NCBI GenBank assembly: GCA_002457145.1
Contig: NTJP01000004.1
Coordinates: forward strand, 41,804-105,803
Direction: 5' to 3'
DNA length: 64,000 bases
DNA from: Marine Group II euryarchaeote MED-G38
GTDB lineage: Archaea; Thermoplasmatota; Poseidoniia; Poseidoniales; Thalassarchaeaceae
Part shown: in pieces, positions 48,301 through 56,733 of the stretch
How the letters are laid out: each line of letters opens with the position of its first letter
Position numbering within the stretch: the stretch's first letter is position 1
Position numbers and translations under genes: made by a program
The notes under the pieces: model-generated
Databases searched by the model: none
What the model was told of the DNA's origin: nothing
The model's input: the letters and a program-made list of their open reading frames with translations, nothing else

Positions 48301-48391
48301 TCAAAAAAATAATTGTTAAAATTGTAGCTAAATTATACTTTAATTTTCCGTGATTAGAACAAGCAGATTTTGATGCTAGCCGCTCAACCAT
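45383..48391 (-). CDS. Orphan large secreted, C-terminally anchored surface protein (about 1000 aa)
   Basis: Signal-like N-terminus (LATILTIIFLMQLFFPAVNG), S/N/D/G-rich body without recognisable motifs, a C-terminal TM (WILIQLLPYILIQFLFIAW) followed by RIRVRMKKKKKKRR. I prefer the ATG at 48391 to the TTG at 48397. Confidence 0.7.
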   Translation of the reverse strand: MVERLASKSACSNHGKLKYNLATILTIIFLMQLFFPAVNGELGNTTDDLDICSELNSGFCDAVNDADDESSQESWIEGIYSITMVDTGMMQLSATWAIYEYDRTPLGFSGAIANQALQNDGIFAGDGIPADVIRNSWDEPWDGEIGSDPVKDKLMGEINNSIGDLLSSLGSASSPTTSWASQIENDEETVNCGTDRESDDDGNAYSPPICIQTNVDISISPSKFNLNSNPNLNLESAYKSLLIMGGLVTTEFPISVDSGHKSTYYIEPPPYATVVSTGGITSEKIINAGAFPYNSAKWESNNLNLGSSYSGDLEFTLGFRNNASTSSFTLNQEEKALDFNVILDLSNENAATIDLVAQINHIETSSVDGLNLIPSGKGSVPVVTSDGIRMAHHNGLINLDTISSNFPVSSVGDALSETIPGLDVQMGNFEWILDGSSNPNLGQGGLNYIHTVVDCGESGSFYCMDGNAAMGNEHPVFLQSTSQPFQLSLSDLIGDKLGDLSFLSGINQDDLEKIVNSGMSFETILDPSFLGAMKPSGIEKSEINLELILPIWAQNINGESSVTLSHKLNGQHIGDFGLTGSSSFDWNHALCSSNTAPCNDESPDVFCKSTEKSCQRSIVNLDVSEYSFSELQKGITIEFSLNIDLAIHRIAVPDSLLDSMKSADTEISLPVLPADLLKLILDIADRGEEPYSTSFSICDDNSIDICKQDQEIEFTTDGLTVFTNKFGESITSLIKSELSTNSVIGNINLEGFEINTTLGGLVDNDNIIGDSEGISLAINIPKVRTTIGIGNSWGEIFGMINGEGADELQIDIDAPKLINNLVNPIMNSMMNAMDSLTGTIAIMAISASSDGFTFKDISTSIPSSNSIGIPMDLSLKLPLGIYLEDVFSARSEVSVGTDDDGRQVINYRASSDIDDSLSFNLVIGWQWILIQLLPYILIQFLFIAWRIRVRMKKKKKKRRAAEIKLIEAEATENKYIPINTDPSVEVIKVSNSNITVKKRVSV

Positions 48392-48397
48392 ATCCAA

Positions 48398-48413
48398 TGA
48401 CTCTAAAGAGTCA
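48398..48413. promoter_or_regulatory. Perfect inverted repeat TGACTCT-AA-AGAGTCA directly upstream of the orphan surface-protein start
   Basis: 7-bp arms with a 2-nt spacer, lying in the divergent intergenic region shared with the RFC-like gene. Confidence 0.2.
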
Positions 48414-48525
48414 TTAATCTATCATTCGGTATTAGGCCTCATTTCTTGAATTATTCTTTGATATTATTATCAATTTATTAACTACAAGCGAGGAGTTCAA
48501 ACACTCAGTCCTGTTCGATTTGATT

Positions 48526-49662
48526 ATGCCTAGTTGGTTAGTATCAAATGCACCCCGAACATTTGATGAAATAGCCATACCAAAAAATATTCAAAAGACT
48601 TTGAAAGCGGCTAGTCTTTCTTCAGACCCCCCTCATTTGCTAATTACTGGCCCTGCAGGAGTCGGAAAAACAATTTCTTGGAAATTATATGCTAGACAAA
48701 TTCTTGGCCCTGGTTGGAAATCAACCACACACATTCTACAATGCAGGGATTTACTCAGACAAAAAGGTGCAATGGCTAAATTTGAAGAATTTTTAAGACC
48801 GGGGGGGAACTTTTCAGATACACTAGCAGGCATGCTTAGTCTTGACTCCTTTGATAGAGGAATAATCACAATGCAAGAAGGAGATATTCCCCCAGCAGGA
48901 AAAGAAATAGAAATAGAAGAAAATAAAACACCGATTAGTAGACTCATTATTTTAGAAGATGCCGATTACTTAGGCCACATAAGACAATCTTATTTACGTA
49001 GAATGATGGAAACTGTGGGCAATGCTTCGAGATTCATATTAGTCACTCGGGCACCCTCTAGGATAATTGATGCTCTCAGATCTAGGGCCCAAATGATTAG
49101 GATTCCTTCCACACATAAAGATACTATTTTAGATACATTAAGAATAATTTCAGCAAACAATTTCTGTAATCCTGAAGAAGGAGTTTTAGAAGATATTACA
49201 TACATATCTGAAGGAAATCTTAGAAAAGCAATTTTTACATTAGAATTATTAGATATCAGAAAATTAACTAGCGATCGCGCCGCAGTACATAATTTGATAC
49301 AAGCATCAACCCTACAATCGAGTAGACACTTACTAGAGATGGCCCTTAGGGGGGTTGTAGTAGAATGGCGTTGGGAAAATAAGGGTGGGAAGAAGAAGAA
49401 ACTACTATCCGGTGCCATATCTGAAATTGATAATTTAATGAATAAACACGGACTTGATTCAGATGATATTGTCAAGCAACTACACGATGTAATAGTAGGT
49501 AGAAGACTTTCTCTACCACATATTCTTAGATCGGAAATACTGGATGCACTCGCAATATGTGATACATCGATACGTACATCTATTTATGCAAGGATTCATT
49601 TTGAAAATTTTCTTCACAAAGTTGCTAAGTCAGCAAAACAACATGGACTCGCTTCTAGCTAA
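48526..49662 (+). CDS. Divergent replication factor C small-subunit-like AAA+ clamp-loader protein
   Basis: Colinear with RfcS: PHLLITGPAGVGKT (Walker A), IILEDADYL (Walker B region), LRRMMETVGNASRFILVT, ALRSRAQMIRI (SRC-like). It carries a ~75-aa insert and substituted motifs. Confidence 0.7.
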   Translation: MPSWLVSNAPRTFDEIAIPKNIQKTLKAASLSSDPPHLLITGPAGVGKTISWKLYARQILGPGWKSTTHILQCRDLLRQKGAMAKFEEFLRPGGNFSDTLAGMLSLDSFDRGIITMQEGDIPPAGKEIEIEENKTPISRLIILEDADYLGHIRQSYLRRMMETVGNASRFILVTRAPSRIIDALRSRAQMIRIPSTHKDTILDTLRIISANNFCNPEEGVLEDITYISEGNLRKAIFTLELLDIRKLTSDRAAVHNLIQASTLQSSRHLLEMALRGVVVEWRWENKGGKKKKLLSGAISEIDNLMNKHGLDSDDIVKQLHDVIVGRRLSLPHILRSEILDALAICDTSIRTSIYARIHFENFLHKVAKSAKQHGLASS

Positions 49663-49709
49663 CTATATTACCCTAAGTTTTGAGTATTAACCCCTTGTGA
49701 GACATTATA

Positions 49710-50465
49710 ATGTACCGTGCTGGTAACCCTGCTCTTTCCGACTCAACTTTTGATAAAAATGCATATAAAGATACTAATTGGTGGGAAACCGAATCTTCAA
49801 ATCAAATGACAATAGAAGGGGTTTCAGAGAAGACCGCAATTCTTTTGATAGTTACAGCAACATCTGCAATAGCTACTGCTATGATGATGCCTGAAGCTAC
49901 TTTACTAATGATAATTGGATTCATTGGCTCTATCATTTGTAGTATTATAGTTGTATTTCAAAAATCAGTCAATCCAATATTAATCTTTACTTATGCAGTT
50001 TTTGAAGGCTTTTTGTTGGGAGGATTTACTTGGATAATAGAAAATCAAACTGGAATTACTGGATTAGGTTTATTGGCCGCCCTTTTGACATTTTTAATAC
50101 TTGGAGTCATGATTACAATATACAGACTTGGGCTAATTCATTGGGATAAAAATATGCAAATAGCAGTCAGTTCTGCTGTATTTGCAATAATGTTACTGTA
50201 TATTTTTTCTTTTTTAGGAGTATTTATTGGTTTTGAAGTACCCATTATTCATGATTCAACACCTATTGGTATACTATTTTCAGTTTTTGTCGTGGGGATA
50301 GCAACATTAACTTTAGTTGCAGATTTTGATTTTATTGAGAGAGGGGTATTACGTGGTGCTCCGAAACAACTTGAATGGAGGGCAGCCTTCGGCCTGCTTG
50401 TCTCACTAGCATGGCTTTATTTTGAAATAGTTAGATTATTAGGAAAAGTATTTTTAAGGGATTAA
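49710..50465 (+). CDS. Bax inhibitor-1/YccA family membrane protein
   Basis: The N-terminus MYRAGNPALSDSTF followed by 6-7 TM helices resembles the actinobacterial-type BI-1/YccA family. Confidence 0.75.
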   Translation: MYRAGNPALSDSTFDKNAYKDTNWWETESSNQMTIEGVSEKTAILLIVTATSAIATAMMMPEATLLMIIGFIGSIICSIIVVFQKSVNPILIFTYAVFEGFLLGGFTWIIENQTGITGLGLLAALLTFLILGVMITIYRLGLIHWDKNMQIAVSSAVFAIMLLYIFSFLGVFIGFEVPIIHDSTPIGILFSVFVVGIATLTLVADFDFIERGVLRGAPKQLEWRAAFGLLVSLAWLYFEIVRLLGKVFLRD

Positions 50466-50466
50466 A

Positions 50467-51108
50467 TTGGATTTCAATTTAATTTTAGGAGTAATATTTT
50501 TTGGCAGTACTCTTGGAATAATAGAAGGAATAAAGCCTGGACCATTGTTGACTATGGTAATACGTGAAACACTCTCTGGAGGGTTAAAAGCGGGCATTAG
50601 AACAGCTTCTGCCCCCATATTTACTGATGGTCCATTGATAATAATTAGTTTAATTACTGCAGATTGGCTTGCATCTAACCAAACTTTTCTCGGAATAATT
50701 TCTATTCTTGGTGCTATATTTTTAGTAAAAATGGGGTTTGAATGTTTTACAGTTGAACCCCCAACAGTAGATATTCAGAATTATGACTATAAATCATCAT
50801 TTAAAAAAGGTATTATAACTAATTTATTAAATCCTAATGTATACATGTTTTGGTTCTTAATTGGTGGTCCAATAATGGCCTCGACAGCAATCAAAGAACC
50901 ACTAGCACCAATTGGTTACGCGATCTCTTTTTTACTTTCAATAATAATTGTTAAGATAATAATAGCATATATATTTGATAAAACTAGAGGAAAATTATCA
51001 GTTTCTTTCTATAAAAGAAGCCTATCAATATGTGGAATTGCAATGATCATATTTGCATTTGGTTATCTATACCAAGCTAATCAGATTCTTCGACAATTAT
51101 TCTTTTAG
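50467..51108 (+). CDS. LysE/RhtB family amino-acid exporter
   Basis: About 210 aa with 6 TM helices, an N-terminal GIKPGP motif and NPNVYMFW. A TTG start is the only one compatible with the conserved N-terminus. Confidence 0.72.
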   Translation: MDFNLILGVIFFGSTLGIIEGIKPGPLLTMVIRETLSGGLKAGIRTASAPIFTDGPLIIISLITADWLASNQTFLGIISILGAIFLVKMGFECFTVEPPTVDIQNYDYKSSFKKGIITNLLNPNVYMFWFLIGGPIMASTAIKEPLAPIGYAISFLLSIIIVKIIIAYIFDKTRGKLSVSFYKRSLSICGIAMIIFAFGYLYQANQILRQLFF

Positions 51109-51117
51109 AATATTATC

Positions 51118-52599
51118 TTATAATGTAGAAAAACCACCTGCAGGAAGAGGATTAAGTGGAATTGTAGATTCCCTCAGACTCGGGCCGATCATCATTGTAC
51201 CATATATTCCTTGATCTACAATGTTATGCGAAAGACCAAACCAAGGCCTTCCATGTTTATCAACAAGAATATCTATAAAATCTCCAAAACCTCCACATCT
51301 GTTGTATCCACAATCAACTTCAGTATCGAGAGGATCACCGAAATCGTTTACCTGAACTGTAGTGATAAGAGGCGTTTGGGAAAAAGCATCAGTCATCACT
51401 GAAATATATCCATTCCATGTATCTCCTCCAGAATCACCTAAATATGCAAAAGCAACCCTTCCAGAATCTCCTGCAGCTACAGCAGGAAAACCAGTTCCAT
51501 TTAGGCCAATTGGAGGAGCTATCATCATTGGGGCACTCCAAGTATCTCCGGTATCAAATGAATATGAATAATAGGGCATATCATCCACGCCCATCCACAT
51601 CGCATGTAGATTGTCACTTTCATCTGGATATACTTGTGCTTCTTCAGCATTCCAAGTTGCTGCCGTACCTGTGTCTTCTGTCGGAAGGACATGCTCCGTC
51701 CATGTTAAACCACCATCAGTACTACGATATATCGAATATCCTTCTCCATCACAACTAGGATTCCCTCTGTAGAAATTACCATTATTTGATCCTACCATAT
51801 GTCCTGTCAAACCTCCACTATTACAATTAAGAGGAGAACCAGGAACTTCTGGCCCCCATGTTAAACCTCCATCATTACTAGTCGAGCAAAGAGGAGATGC
51901 CCAATTGCCATTAACACAAAATACCCAGGTAGTTTCATGTAATAGGGCATTATAAGGAGATGAAGCGATAGTCTGATGATCTTGTACCGAATACCCTGTA
52001 GCAAATGATGCCAAACCAAAAGGACCCCAAGTCTCTCCTTCGTCATCTGACCATTCAACTGTCATACCTGCAAGGGCATGCATATCAAATTTCATTACCC
52101 TATCCGTCCAAGGATCAACATAAACATAGGGATCATTACTATTAATTACAGAACCTTGATATGTATTTTCGCATGTATAGTCCAATGTAACCATTTCAAT
52201 CATATTTGAACACCTTATTATGGCGGTAGAACCCCCAGGCCCATTCCCCCAACTAGTCATGAAGAGGTTGTCAGCAGAAGTAATTCCTATTGTTGGCTCA
52301 AAAGTAGAAACACCAATCCCATAATATGTCCCCTTTGCGCAAACAGGAATATTTTCTCCGATTAAAATAGAATTAAGAACATCATTATCTACAGAAAGGA
52401 TATTGGTAGAATTTGGAAAATGATACCATGTGTTATTTGCAAGACCATCCGGACATATTTCATCTAAAATAGAAGATGATGATAACTCTTCAGATGATTT
52501 GTTACTCAGACAACCTGATGCTGTTGAAGAGATAAACAAGAAAACAATCAACGCTGCTACCGCCCTCATACAACGACGGCAACGCTGTTTGTACATCAT
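51118..52599 (-). CDS. Secreted BNR/Asp-box (sialidase-like beta-propeller) lipoprotein, paralogue 1
   Basis: Asp-box repeats SDDEGETWG, SNDGGLTWG, STDGGLTWT, SFDTGDTWS. Signal peptide with ASGC lipobox-like site. Confidence 0.75.
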   Translation of the reverse strand: MMYKQRCRRCMRAVAALIVFLFISSTASGCLSNKSSEELSSSSILDEICPDGLANNTWYHFPNSTNILSVDNDVLNSILIGENIPVCAKGTYYGIGVSTFEPTIGITSADNLFMTSWGNGPGGSTAIIRCSNMIEMVTLDYTCENTYQGSVINSNDPYVYVDPWTDRVMKFDMHALAGMTVEWSDDEGETWGPFGLASFATGYSVQDHQTIASSPYNALLHETTWVFCVNGNWASPLCSTSNDGGLTWGPEVPGSPLNCNSGGLTGHMVGSNNGNFYRGNPSCDGEGYSIYRSTDGGLTWTEHVLPTEDTGTAATWNAEEAQVYPDESDNLHAMWMGVDDMPYYSYSFDTGDTWSAPMMIAPPIGLNGTGFPAVAAGDSGRVAFAYLGDSGGDTWNGYISVMTDAFSQTPLITTVQVNDFGDPLDTEVDCGYNRCGGFGDFIDILVDKHGRPWFGLSHNIVDQGIYGTMMIGPSLRESTIPLNPLPAGGFSTL

Positions 52600-52619
52600 A
52601 TGAACGGATAACTGTTCTG

Positions 52620-54128
52620 TTACATTTTTAGAGTTGAGTTACCACCTTCTGGAAGAAATGGTAATTGAAGAATATCTCCGTAAAGAGCAGGACCAGTGAT
52701 TATAGTGCCAATTATAGCCTCTTCATTTCCTGCAGCATTGTGTGCCAACGCAATCCAAGGACGACCTTCATCATCAATTTCCACATCTATGAAATCGCCA
52801 AAACCTCCACATCTAATATTGCCACAGTCTGGTAAAATATCTAAAGGATCTGTTGGTAAATTGACTGCTACACTTGTGATTAATGGGACTTCTCCAAAGG
52901 CATCAGTCATAATTGCCATATATCCAGACCATCCTCCTCCTGTTGATTCATTCCAATCAAACGATTCACCAATATATCCTATTACTACTTTTCCAGAATC
53001 ACCTGCAAAGATAGTCGGAAAACCCGTTTCGTTAACTCCGGGGGCTGCTACCATCATCGGAGCACTCCAAGTTTCACCTCTATCTCTAGAGTAAGAATAC
53101 CATGGCATCATGTCCGTAGAAATCCAAGTCGCATGTACATTTCCAGATTCATCGACGGCAACAGCAACTTCATGAGAATGCCAACCTTGTTGCATACCTA
53201 CTTCAGTAGTTATTGTATTTTCACTCCATGTGTAGCCGCCATCATGGGATGCATACACTGCAGGACCTTCACAAGAGGGATTACCTCGATATATTGATCC
53301 ATCAGAACCTCCAGCCACATGACCATGTAGTCCCGAACACTGATTTCCAAAACTTTCAGTAGGATAACCTAACTGTTGAGCATCCCAAGTATGCCCCCCG
53401 TCTAAGGATCGAGAACATTGAGCACCCAAAGCAGGTGAGCCAGTATTTATACAATATACATAAACTACTTCTCCAATAATTGCATTTTCATGAGGAACTG
53501 AAGCTATGCTTTGATGATCTTGTGGAGCATAATATCCTTCAACTGGGAATGGAGCACTCCAAGACTCTCCATCATCATCAGAATATTCCACAAACATGGC
53601 AGCCAAGGCATGCATATCGAACTTAACCAACTTATCATTAAATTTATCAACGTAGAGATATGGATCATTTGAATTCGGGGTTTGACCAGAATCATCATCA
53701 ATTTGATTGAAAGGCCCTACATCTTCCCAAGTTTGACCCTGATCCCTCGACCTAATTATGTGGGTACCATCTCCAAGACCATTATAATTAGTAAAGAAAA
53801 TTGCTCCAGATGAAGTAATGCCAAGTGTCGGCTCAAAAGTATCCCAACCAGTCCCATAGTATGTACCACTTGTGAAGTAAGGAATATTCATACCAGTTAA
53901 ATTGACACTCAAGTTAGCGTTTTTAACTTCAACAGGATTAGTTGCATCTACTGCTCTCGGATTAATAGTACTCCCAGCATAATGATACCATGTTGTAATT
54001 GGTATTTCACCTTCTGTAAACACAAAGATATTCTCTTCCGACATCCCGATATCTGATTTAGACCCAAAACACCCCGTTAGAGTTGAACATAAAACTATAC
54101 TCGTAATTAGTATGGCGACATAGCGCAT
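52620..54128 (-). CDS. Secreted BNR/Asp-box (sialidase-like beta-propeller) lipoprotein, paralogue 2
   Basis: Asp-box repeats SRDQGQTWE, SDDDGESWS, SLDGGHTWD, SHDGGYTWS, SRDRGETWS. Signal peptide with LTGC. Colinear with the downstream paralogue. Confidence 0.75.
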   Translation of the reverse strand: MRYVAILITSIVLCSTLTGCFGSKSDIGMSEENIFVFTEGEIPITTWYHYAGSTINPRAVDATNPVEVKNANLSVNLTGMNIPYFTSGTYYGTGWDTFEPTLGITSSGAIFFTNYNGLGDGTHIIRSRDQGQTWEDVGPFNQIDDDSGQTPNSNDPYLYVDKFNDKLVKFDMHALAAMFVEYSDDDGESWSAPFPVEGYYAPQDHQSIASVPHENAIIGEVVYVYCINTGSPALGAQCSRSLDGGHTWDAQQLGYPTESFGNQCSGLHGHVAGGSDGSIYRGNPSCEGPAVYASHDGGYTWSENTITTEVGMQQGWHSHEVAVAVDESGNVHATWISTDMMPWYSYSRDRGETWSAPMMVAAPGVNETGFPTIFAGDSGKVVIGYIGESFDWNESTGGGWSGYMAIMTDAFGEVPLITSVAVNLPTDPLDILPDCGNIRCGGFGDFIDVEIDDEGRPWIALAHNAAGNEEAIIGTIITGPALYGDILQLPFLPEGGNSTLKM

Positions 54129-54177
54129 GATAACCTCACTACCTACTCATTGAAAAAATAATGTTTTTTGTGAAGTA

Positions 54178-55209
54178 TTAATCCCATCCATTTTCAAGTA
54201 TATTCGGTATTGTTTCCAATATTGTTATTTCAGGATCTCTCCATGACATTCCTAATTCTTTTTTTGCAGGAGATGCATCCCAAAATAATTTATTTTTCAG
54301 GTGTGTTTTTGCCCAAGAAATAGTTATCTTGGGGTGAAAAGCAGCAACAATAAGTGCCATACTATAAGGTATCACTCTAACTGGCCATTTTCTTTCAGGA
54401 TACCTTTTTTTCAGTAAGATTGCTATATCTTTCCACATCATTTCTCCAGCAACCGTCAAGTATCGACCTCCATCTTCTCCATTTGTTAATGCATTGACAT
54501 GTGCTTCAGCAACATCCCTCACATCAACAATACTTATTTGCAATGGGAGAACAAATGGTAGCTTTCTTTTAACTAATAGCATTATCATCGAAAGGGATCC
54601 GTATAAATGTCTTTTAGACATTGGCGGACCGAATACCATACACGGATGAATAGTCACCATTCTTGGACGAAACTCCACATTTTTACCTTTATGCCAATTT
54701 CTTACAAGCATTTCTGCACTATATTTTGCAAGTCCATATGGGTTTTTTTCCAATGTAGCATCCTTTGCAAATGTATCAGTTGTTAATGTCATTCCATTCT
54801 TCCAAGATGCAGGTCTTATAGCTGCAGTAGAGGAGGTATGGATGAAATTTTTAACTGAGATATTATTATCAATTGCATCAAGTATATTTTTCGTTCCTAT
54901 TACACTAGGATCCACAATATCTTTTTGAGGATTTTTTGACCTAACTAGTACCGCTGCTGCTGTATGAATTATATCAGTGCAATTTGAAATTGCATTATTT
55001 ACACTATCCGTCTTTAGTAAATCCATCTCTACAATCTCTAGTGAACCATTATTTTTAATGGGTAAATCATACAAATGCTGCGTTCTTTGAGGATCTTTAG
55101 TATCTCTAACGGTAGCCCTTACATTTCTACCTTTTAATAACAGATTTGCTACGATATGACTACCAATATAACCACTTGCTCCGGTAACAACTACGAGGTC
55201 CTTTACCAT
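54178..55209 (-). CDS. NAD(P)-dependent SDR, extended epimerase/dehydratase type (cinnamoyl-CoA/dihydroflavonol reductase-like)
   Basis: VVVTGASGYIGSH Rossmann motif and a YGLAK (YxxxK) catalytic pair. Confidence 0.85.
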   Translation of the reverse strand: MVKDLVVVTGASGYIGSHIVANLLLKGRNVRATVRDTKDPQRTQHLYDLPIKNNGSLEIVEMDLLKTDSVNNAISNCTDIIHTAAAVLVRSKNPQKDIVDPSVIGTKNILDAIDNNISVKNFIHTSSTAAIRPASWKNGMTLTTDTFAKDATLEKNPYGLAKYSAEMLVRNWHKGKNVEFRPRMVTIHPCMVFGPPMSKRHLYGSLSMIMLLVKRKLPFVLPLQISIVDVRDVAEAHVNALTNGEDGGRYLTVAGEMMWKDIAILLKKRYPERKWPVRVIPYSMALIVAAFHPKITISWAKTHLKNKLFWDASPAKKELGMSWRDPEITILETIPNILENGWD

Positions 55210-55245
55210 GTCCTGCCGAAGTATATCTAATGATTGAGTTTTGCC

Positions 55246-56679
55246 CTAAACTAGGTCTTCACCTAAATAGAACAATAATTCTGTTAACTCTTTGTTTTCA
55301 GGAAATAACTCTACTGCATTCTGAGCCGTGAAGAAGGCAGAAATATCCTGATTCAACTCCATTTGTGATCTTGTCAAATTAGTCCATGCGACCCATCTCT
55401 TTGAGTAATTTTTCGATGCTATAGCCTCTCTAAACCAATTAATTGCATTCTGAGTATCATCTTTTTTCATTAGTATTTCTCCAATCTCATTCCATGCTTC
55501 TCCAAAATTAGGATCGGTTTCGATAGCTTTTCTCTGCCAGGCCAGAGAATCTTGATTATCTATTGAATAAGTCATACCTAGATAACAAGCGGCTTCAGCA
55601 GAAGGAGATAGTAAGTAAGACATCCCATGATGCTCAGCCGCGATTCTAAACACTCCAATTTTTTGAAGAACATGACCCATTTTAAACAAGTCTTTCGCTA
55701 TTGAATCCTTTAAAGAAATATTATCTCTTTCCAATAATATATCTGAAGAATTCCACACTTCTTTAATAATTTCGAGTAATGATTCTGGCCCAAGCCTGTC
55801 TCTAATTGGATTATCATTAGCATGCAACCAAGCTTCTCTGGTAAGCTCTGGACTTTCTTCAACACTATTTTTAACCATACTCCTTTCATACACAGAACTC
55901 CCACAAAGTATGTTTTCAGAATAACGATCTAGCATATCTACATTCCATAAGGTGATGTGCTGACAACGAACCTCTCCAAATTCTTCTTTAGTTATTTTTT
56001 GAAGTATTGTAGAATTATTATTTCCAATTGGAACCCAAATTTGACCATTAATATCTATTTTATTTAATAAATTTATAGGAATTGTAGTCAGGCCCCCAGT
56101 AATTAATATTTTATCTATTAAAATATCATTTTCATTATCTATATAATCTAAACCACACCATTCTATATCACAATTCAATGCTTTTGCTACAATATCTAAG
56201 CGCAAACTTTCCCATCTATTTTGCAAAACCTCTCTCCTTGCATCATCTATTTCTAATATAGTTATTTTTTTAACGCCCATGTGCAGTATAATTTCTGTCC
56301 ACCAATTACCTCTCGGACCTACTAATAATATACGATCATTACTTTCAATCCCAATCATTTGAAAGATATGACCAGTTTCAAATAAACCAGGCAAGAGAGA
56401 ATTGGGTTTTTCCAAATCAATCCACCAAGGTAATTTTAACGCACTACTCTCAATATTTTCAATCCTTATTGAGAGTGGAAGTGCATGTATTTCCCTAGGA
56501 GTCTTTGATAAGGCATCCTTAACTAATGGATCTTCTAGGGTTCCCATAAATGCCAATCTTTCTACCGCTTCTGATTGAGAACATAATTTTGGCCAAGAAA
56601 AAACTTCGGGCAATAACTCCAAATCACAATTTGAAATGTCCCGAACTCGCCAATCCCTTTCCATGACATTCAGTAGCAT
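55246..56679 (-). CDS. Protein with PCMT-like (degenerate SAM motif) N-terminal domain and C-terminal TPR repeats
   Basis: The layout resembles protein-L-isoaspartate O-methyltransferase (RILLVGPRGNWWTEIIL...ITILEID...ILITGGLTTIP...GQIWVPIG). It is followed by TPR-like repeats (AWQRKAIETDPNFGEAWNEIGEILMKK...). Confidence 0.55.
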   Translation of the reverse strand: MLLNVMERDWRVRDISNCDLELLPEVFSWPKLCSQSEAVERLAFMGTLEDPLVKDALSKTPREIHALPLSIRIENIESSALKLPWWIDLEKPNSLLPGLFETGHIFQMIGIESNDRILLVGPRGNWWTEIILHMGVKKITILEIDDARREVLQNRWESLRLDIVAKALNCDIEWCGLDYIDNENDILIDKILITGGLTTIPINLLNKIDINGQIWVPIGNNNSTILQKITKEEFGEVRCQHITLWNVDMLDRYSENILCGSSVYERSMVKNSVEESPELTREAWLHANDNPIRDRLGPESLLEIIKEVWNSSDILLERDNISLKDSIAKDLFKMGHVLQKIGVFRIAAEHHGMSYLLSPSAEAACYLGMTYSIDNQDSLAWQRKAIETDPNFGEAWNEIGEILMKKDDTQNAINWFREAIASKNYSKRWVAWTNLTRSQMELNQDISAFFTAQNAVELFPENKELTELLFYLGEDLV

Positions 56680-56733
56680 TCGATGTTATTGAATGCAACC
56701 CACAATTTTTCTTTACAGATACTAATTTTCTTA

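Noticed and set aside
48398-48413. Shared GAGTC/GACTC core between this palindrome and the 18-bp palindrome at 35963-35980, as evidence of a common regulator or restriction-modification site
   Set aside because: There are only two instances, with opposite arm orientation and different spacing. That is not enough to claim a shared motif without a genome-wide count.
48990-49475. 161-aa minus-strand ORF
   Set aside because: It is antisense to the RFC-like gene, whose frame carries the AAA+ motifs.
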